Shown here piece by piece: positions 57,583-64,000 of a stretch of DNA of 64,000 nt. Source of the DNA: a virus (lineage: Duplodnaviria > Caudoviricetes). The translations under genes were made by a program, and so were the position numbers. Under the pieces are notes generated by a model. The model was not told where the DNA came from. It did no database searches and was given only the letters and a program-made list of their open reading frames with translations. Position 1 is the stretch's first letter. Every line of letters begins with the position of its first letter. The stretch is from IMG/VR virus record IMGVR_UViG_3300044641_006190, positions 1,465-65,464 of that record. One strand, given 5' to 3'.

Positions 57583-58398
57583 TTATTGGGCACGGGAGCG
57601 CAGGTATTCGATGAGTTTGCCGTCTTTGCACCGGTGGGCGAGCACCGCGTTGTGGGTGAGCACCCAGGCCGCCATGCGAGGCGTCCAGTCCGGTATTTTG
57701 GGCACCAACCCTCCCGGTCGGCTATTGGCCCTGCTGAACCAGATGTGCGGCATCATGTGGGTGGCATTATGCACGAACCACATAATGTCTGGCGCGATGA
57801 AACAGTCGTAGGCAATCGCTTTCGTGACATCGGACGCGAAGAAATCAGGGCTCCATGAAAGCACATCGGGCGGATATACCGCCGCTCCGTTCATGATGTC
57901 GTAATACTCCACCCAGGCTCCCATGAAGGGTTGCGCAGCCTTGGTGTATTCCTCCTCCAGACGGGGAAGCCAGTCAGGAACCACGGGCACCACATCCGTT
58001 TCGAGAAGCAGCCAAGGACGAGGTTCTGCCATCCGGGCCATGTGGCGGGCGATGAACGCGAACACCCAGTTGTTGCTTCCGGGCCATTTGGCGGAGGTTT
58101 TCGGGATGAACTGATCGGTGGTGTTGGGGAACACTTTCCGGGCCAGCGCGAGCAAGTTCGCGTGGTTCAAAGGCAACGCCCCCTCATCAGTGAACAGGAT
58201 CAGCTCATTGTCGAATGTGCGCCCCATCTCGCCCATCCAACGAAGCAGGTCTTCGCAGCGGTCGCGGTCGCGATCACAGTAAGCCAGGGCCAGCCGGAAA
58301 GGCGGGGGTGTCCAGACATACCCGTGCGGCGATGCTTTACGGCATGGCGGGTTGCGCTTGATGAGGTCCTGGCTTGGTGGTGGTGGTTTAGTAGGCAT
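57583..58398 (-). CDS. Glycosyltransferase-like protein
   Basis: LLLETDVVP, MNGAAVYP, AYD, HRCKDG. Confidence 0.65.
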   Translation of the reverse strand: MPTKPPPPSQDLIKRNPPCRKASPHGYVWTPPPFRLALAYCDRDRDRCEDLLRWMGEMGRTFDNELILFTDEGALPLNHANLLALARKVFPNTTDQFIPKTSAKWPGSNNWVFAFIARHMARMAEPRPWLLLETDVVPVVPDWLPRLEEEYTKAAQPFMGAWVEYYDIMNGAAVYPPDVLSWSPDFFASDVTKAIAYDCFIAPDIMWFVHNATHMMPHIWFSRANSRPGGLVPKIPDWTPRMAAWVLTHNAVLAHRCKDGKLIEYLRSRAQ

Positions 58399-59104
58399 TG
58401 CCGGAAACGAGTTGATCCCACTCCTTGCGAACCTTGACCAGACCGCCCCAAGACCACCCTTGGCGGGCTACTTGAGCAGGCAGCGGGTCAGTGGCGGTAT
58501 TGACCCAATGGAACGACTCGGGAAGGAAAGCGTGGCAAAACGCGCCCAAAGCATTGAACTCGCTGAACCGGCGGCCGGATAGTCCGGCGAACCATTTGGC
58601 CAGGTTCCCGCCGTGGTTGGAACTCAGATAGGCCCGGAACAGGGCATAGACGCTTCGTGGATAGACAAGCGGCTGGCGGCGCATGAACTCGAAGGGTGGG
58701 TCAAACCCGACCACTTCTCTCGTTATGTCACGCCACACCGCATCCGGCCCCAAATCCTCCCAAGGAGTCTTGATCATGGTAGGAAGACCGTTGAAAAACA
58801 GGTCGGCGGCGGGACGCAGCATCACGCAATCGGAATCCAGATGCACCACATACTCCGTATGCACCCACTGGTCGGCATGGAGCTTGGTGTATTGCTGGTC
58901 CATGTAGCCATCCTCATGCAAAGGGTTCAGCGTGTCGTAGGCCGCGCCAAACTCCTGTGCCAGGGGGTGAATTGCTTCGTGGCTGTCTTTCGGGCAGACC
59001 ACAATGATAGGACTTTCCGGGGAAACCCTGCGGCAGGAGGTGAGGCAGTAATGCAGCCAGTCGGCGTCTTTGGCATAAGTGCGGATGAATATGGTGTGGC
59101 TCAT
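58388..59104 (-). CDS. Glycosyltransferase-like protein (DUF6492-like)
   Basis: GYMDQQYTKL, HLDSD, FSEFNALG. Confidence 0.65.
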   Translation of the reverse strand: MSHTIFIRTYAKDADWLHYCLTSCRRVSPESPIIVVCPKDSHEAIHPLAQEFGAAYDTLNPLHEDGYMDQQYTKLHADQWVHTEYVVHLDSDCVMLRPAADLFFNGLPTMIKTPWEDLGPDAVWRDITREVVGFDPPFEFMRRQPLVYPRSVYALFRAYLSSNHGGNLAKWFAGLSGRRFSEFNALGAFCHAFLPESFHWVNTATDPLPAQVARQGWSWGGLVKVRKEWDQLVSGNAY

Positions 59105-59754
59105 TTCCTCACCAGCCAATCATATTGAGGGTCTGTTGACAAGCAATATGATGGGTGTCGCTGCATTGATGAGTAGCCGACATCCCGGAGGAACTTGCGA
59201 ATTTCCTCCTTGGAAGTGGAGTTTGCGGCCAAAGCCCCCGAGTTGATCTCGATGAACAGCATGGGGAGCCTTTCCTCCAAGGTCTTGCGCATCCCCTTGA
59301 GGGCTTCAAGTTCCCACCCTTCCACGTCGATCTTGACGAAGTCCGGCTCCGGGAGACTCAGATCGTCGAGACGGGCGGCCCGGACTTTGATCTCCCCGGA
59401 AGCAGAGATGCGCGAAGCGCCGACATTGGGTGCCGGAGCAAAGGAAAGCTCCCCTTCGGAGGAAGATGCCGCCAGATTGAGGCACCTGGCCTCTGGGCAG
59501 TTGCGGGAAAGGCACTCGAAAGCCTCCGGGTTGGGCTCGATTGCCACCACACCAAAGCCTTCGTTGAGGTAGAACCTGGTGTGATCTCCGATGTTGGCCC
59601 CAACATCCCAAACGGTGTTGACTCCTTTGAGCCAGCCACGCATCAAATCGAAGAGCGCCACATCACAATCCAGACGGCCGTGCTCTTGCACCCATTTTGA
59701 GATGTGGGTGTCCTCGGCAATGATCCAGACTCCGAATGGTGTTTGCTCGATCAT
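59101..59754 (-). CDS. FkbM-family SAM methyltransferase
   Basis: WDVGANIG, IEPNP, KIDVEGWE. Confidence 0.9.
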   Translation of the reverse strand: MIEQTPFGVWIIAEDTHISKWVQEHGRLDCDVALFDLMRGWLKGVNTVWDVGANIGDHTRFYLNEGFGVVAIEPNPEAFECLSRNCPEARCLNLAASSSEGELSFAPAPNVGASRISASGEIKVRAARLDDLSLPEPDFVKIDVEGWELEALKGMRKTLEERLPMLFIEINSGALAANSTSKEEIRKFLRDVGYSSMQRHPSYCLSTDPQYDWLVRK

Positions 59755-60326
59755 ATTTTGGCGGGGAAGCCGCAAGCCACTCGCAGGTCTCCCATCGGGA
59801 AAGCGGGGCCGGGATCGTTTTTCCTGTCGGGAGCGATGTCATCATGCCCGACCACGTCGTCCAGATTGTATCGCTGGCAAAGTGCCTTCGCCACAGCAGC
59901 GCACGCGGCAATTTGGGCTTGCGTGTATGCTTCCCACTCGCACTCGGGGCCGCCGTTCTTATGACGGGCTTTGACCAAAGGCAGCTTGGACCACCGCTTT
60001 GCCAGGGAGGCGTTGTCTCCGGCGTTCGCCAGTTCGATACCGATGGAACAGGAGTTCAGGCCGGAAAATCCCTTCCATCTGGACTTCCCGGCATGTCCGC
60101 AGGTCTTGTTGAACGGGCGGCACTGAAAAACAGTTCCGTCGCGGTCAATGACAAGGTGGGCAGACGCGCCTTTGGCGGCGGGCGTTTGCCAGAAATTGAT
60201 GCTGCTCTCCGCCGAAGCACCGGAGCTGAAGTGGATCACGAGAAACCGACGCACCGGCATCGCCGATCCGCCAAATATCTCGCGTCTCTTGGCTTCTTCG
60301 AGCCAGTGGTCCTTGGTGATGGTCAT
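59751..60326 (-). CDS. Endolysin, N-acetylmuramoyl-L-alanine amidase (Amidase_2)
   Basis: LVIHF, ASAHLVI, HAGKS.W, NSCSIGIEL, GHDDIAPDRKNDPG. Confidence 0.92.
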   Translation of the reverse strand: MTITKDHWLEEAKRREIFGGSAMPVRRFLVIHFSSGASAESSINFWQTPAAKGASAHLVIDRDGTVFQCRPFNKTCGHAGKSRWKGFSGLNSCSIGIELANAGDNASLAKRWSKLPLVKARHKNGGPECEWEAYTQAQIAACAAVAKALCQRYNLDDVVGHDDIAPDRKNDPGPAFPMGDLRVACGFPAKI

Positions 60327-60409
60327 AAATTGCGGATGGAATAGAACACTCCGAACACTATGAGAGCAAAGCCGAGCATATACAGACCTGCAAGTGCCAG
60401 TCCGGTCAT
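60323..60409 (-). CDS. Tiny single-TM peptide (28 aa)
   Basis: MTGLALAGLYMLGFALIVFGVFYSIRNL; ATGA-coupled on both sides. Confidence 0.55.
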   Translation of the reverse strand: MTGLALAGLYMLGFALIVFGVFYSIRNL

Positions 60410-60588
60410 GGCGTCACTCCTTCTCGTGGTTGTTTGGCATCAAGCCGCCTGCCGATGGCAGCCAGCGGAACACCGATCTCAGGGTGTCCGGCAATGTCGG
60501 CAACCGCACCGTAAAGTTGCAGCCGCTCGCCGCGTGTGGTGCCGCAGGCGGTCAGGAGCAACGAGAGGAGTACGCAGAGTGACTTCAT
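60406..60588 (-). CDS. Small lipoprotein (spanin-like candidate)
   Basis: Signal peptide with LLTAC lipobox. Confidence 0.6.
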   Translation of the reverse strand: MKSLCVLLSLLLTACGTTRGERLQLYGAVADIAGHPEIGVPLAAIGRRLDAKQPREGVTP

Positions 60589-61097
60589 GGGTTTTCGGCG
60601 GCGTTTGGATTCAAAAGCATGAACTTGGGGATGTCCGCCGTCGTGCCGATGAGCAGCGGCGAAACAGCCAAGTCGCCGGGGGAAACCTCGGCAGAGGGGA
60701 TGCGCAGGAGCAGGCGCAGCCCGCCAGCCGCGAGGGCTTTATGGACGAGTTCGGAGCAGAACCACTTCCCATTGTCACGGGCAGGGCGTTTGGAGACAAA
60801 CCGGGCGACGCTCCAGTAGTCGTAGGGCATGCCGAGTTGAGCATGGGCGAAATCGAGCGCGATGCGCCACGTTAGAGGGTCAGCGCCGACCACATCGAAC
60901 AAATCGACGTTTGCCCATTCTTCTGGCGAATACTCATGCACGCGCACGCCCTTGAACTCGCGGCTTTCGATCACCGTTCGCTCGGTGTGTGGTAGCAGGA
61001 TGGCCGCATGCGAGTAGATGGAGCGGGTTTGCCACTGGATGAGTTTGGAGACGGCCCCCGAACCGCGAAACAAGGCTACTTTGGGGGTGGGAGTCAT
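60585..61097 (-). CDS. Permuted papain-like NlpC/P60 enzyme (YiiX/YaeF type)
   Basis: YSHAAI...GMPYD...WFCSELV...SPGDL. Confidence 0.85.
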   Translation of the reverse strand: MTPTPKVALFRGSGAVSKLIQWQTRSIYSHAAILLPHTERTVIESREFKGVRVHEYSPEEWANVDLFDVVGADPLTWRIALDFAHAQLGMPYDYWSVARFVSKRPARDNGKWFCSELVHKALAAGGLRLLLRIPSAEVSPGDLAVSPLLIGTTADIPKFMLLNPNAAENP

Positions 61098-61537
61098 AGC
61101 AGGGAAAAGTAGATGTTTTGCGGGCATTCGCACCAACGCCGCGCCGTAGGATCGTAGAAATCAATACCTTGTCCAGAAACAATCCAGACATAAACGTGGC
61201 GTTCAGCCTCTTGGAATCTGCTGGGAGGGTCTGCAAACACGATGCCTAGGGCGAGAGAGCAGCCCTCGTTAGCTGCCTTGCGTTGGGCTGAATCAATCAG
61301 ACTGCGTGCTTCGTCTTCGCATTCCCACCGGTCCTTTTGCCAAGGAGAAAAGCTCTTTTCGCTGGCCTCCTCCACATCCTTGACTGTCGCCAAGGCCATT
61401 GTCTGCTTTGTCCAATATGCCTTGAAGTTGCTTTGCTTGTTCTCAGCAATCCGCTTGTCTAGCAGCATCCTCACCGTCTCCACATCGAGCTTCCGACGCG
61501 GGACAGGCGGCTGCTTTTTGCGGAAGGGCCAGATCAT
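61094..61537 (-). CDS. Probable papain/transglutaminase-like protein
   Basis: WECEDEA...HVYVW...FYDP. Confidence 0.55.
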   Translation of the reverse strand: MIWPFRKKQPPVPRRKLDVETVRMLLDKRIAENKQSNFKAYWTKQTMALATVKDVEEASEKSFSPWQKDRWECEDEARSLIDSAQRKAANEGCSLALGIVFADPPSRFQEAERHVYVWIVSGQGIDFYDPTARRWCECPQNIYFSLL

Positions 61538-62037
61538 CAAGCAGCAACGCGTGAACGAAGATGAATGCGCGTCGTCTCGTTTCGCGGGATGTCGTCGGGA
61601 AACTGCGCGTTCACAGCGGCCCTCGGCATCTTCGGACAATCATCGCAGGCACCATATCCGGCGTCAACATTTATGCCGTGCATGACCCCGTTCTCCATGC
61701 GGCCAATCCCAAGAATCGTGCGGCCGTTACGGGCGCGGAAGATCAGCCGGAAATGCTCGCCCTTGGTGTTCGCCTCGGTGACACATCGCCGGACACGCTC
61801 GATCTCCTCGGGAGCGAGAGCATTCTCAAAATCGGAATAACGGCCGCGAAAAGTTTTGGGGTTGACTCCGTAGAGGTCAAACAGCGACGGCTGCCACCAC
61901 AGTTCATCGGTGGCCTCGACCCATTCCCACGCGCCCGCGCCGGACAAGGCCAAGGCTTGTGTAAGACGGAATCGCTCGCGCCGGAGTATCTGCTCCAGCT
62001 CTGCAATGCGGGCATCGTAGGGGGGAGGAGGTGTCAT
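61537..62037 (-). CDS. Stand-alone PAS-domain protein
   Basis: ERFRLTQALALSGAGAWEW...ELWWQPSLFDLYG...FENALAPEEIERV...FRLIFR; CxxC after the domain. Confidence 0.75.
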   Translation of the reverse strand: MTPPPPYDARIAELEQILRRERFRLTQALALSGAGAWEWVEATDELWWQPSLFDLYGVNPKTFRGRYSDFENALAPEEIERVRRCVTEANTKGEHFRLIFRARNGRTILGIGRMENGVMHGINVDAGYGACDDCPKMPRAAVNAQFPDDIPRNETTRIHLRSRVAA

Positions 62038-62306
62038 GGCTTCGGGTTGGATAAGAACCATGACAGAAACGCCTGGACAGCCTGGAGAGACGCGACGGCA
62101 GTGAACCCGCCGATGATTGCCCATTTGTAGCTTTCCAGCTTGGTGACTCGCTCGCCGAGTTTTTCCACTTCGCTGATCGGGGCCAGCACCGAAACACGGG
62201 CTGCCAGATGGTCGATGGACGACGACAGCTTGGCAAGGTCGGCATGCAGCCGGTTGTCCCTCTCGCGGCGAAGTCGTTCAAGTTCGTCTTCTATGCTCTC
62301 TCCCAT
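62034..62306 (-). CDS. Holin-like protein (coiled coil plus C-terminal TM)
   Basis: ERVTKLESYKWAIIGG followed by a hydrophobic tail; first gene of the lysis cassette. Confidence 0.55.
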   Translation of the reverse strand: MGESIEDELERLRRERDNRLHADLAKLSSSIDHLAARVSVLAPISEVEKLGERVTKLESYKWAIIGGFTAVASLQAVQAFLSWFLSNPKP

Positions 62307-62310
62307 GGCT

Positions 62311-64000
62311 TTAGCGGTTGTCGTAAGTGATGGTGCCGTTTTGGTTCGTGATCGTCGAGCCTGAGTGGGCGGTCACGATGAGGCCGTCGTTTGTGACCAT
62401 GACGAGGTAATGGTCCGTGACGATGCCTCCGCTGGCGTTGGTGGTGACGGTTCCGTTGTTGGAGTCGATCGTGCCGTTGTTGGTGGTGACGGTGCCGACG
62501 TTGGTGGTGACAGTGCCGTTGTTGGAGTCGATCGTGCCGTTGTTGGTGGTGACGGTGCCGTTGGTGGTGGTGACGGTGCCGTTGTTGGTCGTGATGGTCC
62601 CAACATTGTCACCCACGAGGCCGTAGTTATCGGAAACTAAGCCAGAGCTTGAGTTGGTCGCAATAGAGGCACCACTGGAATTTGTCGTGACAGTGCCGTT
62701 GTTGGTGGTGACGGTGCCGACGTTGGTGGTGACAGTGCCGTTGTTGGAGTCGATCGTGCCGTTGTTGGTGGTGACGGTGCCGTTGTTAGTCGTAAGCGTA
62801 GCCCCGACAGCGACCGCCAGCTCTGCGCACACATCGTCGGCGGCGCAGGTTCCATAATAAATCGTGACCGGCTGCGTCGCCGTTGGTATCGCAGGAGACG
62901 GATATGCCCCTGCTGAATCGTAAGACCAGTTTTCAACGGTTGCCCAAAGTTGGTCGGCACCCTCGCGGAAGAACAAAGCGCGGTAGTTATTCGTGATCGT
63001 CCCGGTGCCTGTCACAAGTCTGCCGTAGTTATCCGTAATCGTCCCTTCGTTGGTATATACCCACCCGCTGGAGGCGTTCGTGGTGACGATGCCGCCGATG
63101 GCGTTGGTGCCGACTGATCCTTCGTTTGTTGTGACAGTTCCGTTGTTGGTGGTGACGGTCCCGCCTTCGTTGGCATTCAACCCAACTGTGCCGTTGTTGG
63201 TGGTGACGGTGCCGACGTTGGTCGTGACAATTCCGGTAGCGGCGTTGGTCGTGATGGTCCCAACATTGTCACCCACGAGGCCGTAGTTATCGGAAACTAA
63301 GCCAGAGCTTGAGTTGGTCGCAATAGAGGCACCACTGGAATTTGTCGTGACAGTGCCGTTGTTGGAGTCGATCGTGCCGTTGTTGGTGGTGACAGTGCCG
63401 TTGTTGGTGGTGACGGTGCCGTTGTTGGTCGTTACTACGCCGCCGCTTTCGTTTTGCGTAACGACGCCGTTGTTGGTCGTAATGGTGCCGGAGTTGGCAG
63501 TTACAGTGCCGCCGTTGGTGGCCAGGGTGGCTCCGGCGCTAACGTAAAGGGAGGCACAGGTTCCGTTAGAATCACACGTTCCATCAGTTATGTAAACTGG
63601 TGAAGTGGAGGTCGGAGTCGTGTTGGCTGCAACTGGTCCTCCACCGTAATCGTAGAACCAGTTGCCAGAAGTGTTCCATGCTTGGTTGACCGTCTCGTAG
63701 AAATACATACTACGGTAGTCACTCGTGATCGTTCCGTTGTTGGTGGTGATGATGCCATAGTTGGTGGCGACAGTGCCGTTGTTGGTGCTGACAGTGCCGA
63801 CGTTGGTGGTGACGGTGCCGTCGTTGGTGGTGACGGTGCCCGTGCTGTAATTGGTTGAGACGGTGCCGTTGTTGGTATCAACCGAGCTGTCGTTGGACGT
63901 TACTGAGCCTGAGTTGGTGGTGACGGTGCCAAGGTTTGTGGTGATGGTTCCGCCGCTGGCGTTGGTGGTGACAGTGCCGTTGTTGGTGGTGACGGTGCCG
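62311..64000 (-). CDS. Thr/Asn-rich repeat protein, tail fibre/adhesin-like (partial, starts beyond the window)
   Basis: The frame continues upstream of 63708 (NGTITSDYRS-MYFYE); many TVTTNNG heptads. Confidence 0.8.
   Translation of the reverse strand, partial: GTVTTNNGTVTTNASGGTITTNLGTVTTNSGSVTSNDSSVDTNNGTVSTNYSTGTVTTNDGTVTTNVGTVSTNNGTVATNYGIITTNNGTITSDYRSMYFYETVNQAWNTSGNWFYDYGGGPVAANTTPTSTSPVYITDGTCDSNGTCASLYVSAGATLATNGGTVTANSGTITTNNGVVTQNESGGVVTTNNGTVTTNNGTVTTNNGTIDSNNGTVTTNSSGASIATNSSSGLVSDNYGLVGDNVGTITTNAATGIVTTNVGTVTTNNGTVGLNANEGGTVTTNNGTVTTNEGSVGTNAIGGIVTTNASSGWVYTNEGTITDNYGRLVTGTGTITNNYRALFFREGADQLWATVENWSYDSAGAYPSPAIPTATQPVTIYYGTCAADDVCAELAVAVGATLTTNNGTVTTNNGTIDSNNGTVTTNVGTVTTNNGTVTTNSSGASIATNSSSGLVSDNYGLVGDNVGTITTNNGTVTTTNGTVTTNNGTIDSNNGTVTTNVGTVTTNNGTIDSNNGTVTTNASGGIVTDHYLVMVTNDGLIVTAHSGSTITNQNGTITYDNR
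62584..63365. repeat. 122-bp exact duplication (62584-62705 and 63244-63365) within 21-bp degenerate tandem repeats
   Basis: Direct comparison of the two segments. Confidence 0.85.

Noticed and set aside
62584-63365. Duplication as a DGR template/variable repeat pair
   Set aside because: The copies are identical with no adenine-specific mismatches, both are coding, and there is no reverse transcriptase in the window.

Overview
The window is most of the genome of a GC-rich tailed phage, probably temperate and podovirus-like. No host housekeeping genes are present, and both ends cut structural genes. The minus strand carries head and packaging genes (1-11.4 kb) and virion, ejection, glycosylation and lysis genes (34.1-64 kb). 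The plus strand carries early and replication genes (11.7-34.1 kb), a structured ncRNA cluster and a tyrosine integrase. Standout signals: (1) three integron attC-type sites at 18.46-19.39 kb that define two cassettes, with genes running antisense to the attC orientation and start/stop codons inside the attC sites; (2) a TerL intein whose interior is open on both strands and encodes an HNH endonuclease on the antisense strand; (3) a PolA gene fractured by a split intein around an HNH gene, using all three plus-strand frames; (4) an array of oversized, CCA-ending tRNA-like RNAs; (5) a stand-alone PAS domain in the lysis cassette; (6) a 4.3-kaa polyvalent helicase/zincin protein plus a detached InPase fragment. 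All functional calls are by-eye motif recognition; no searches were run.
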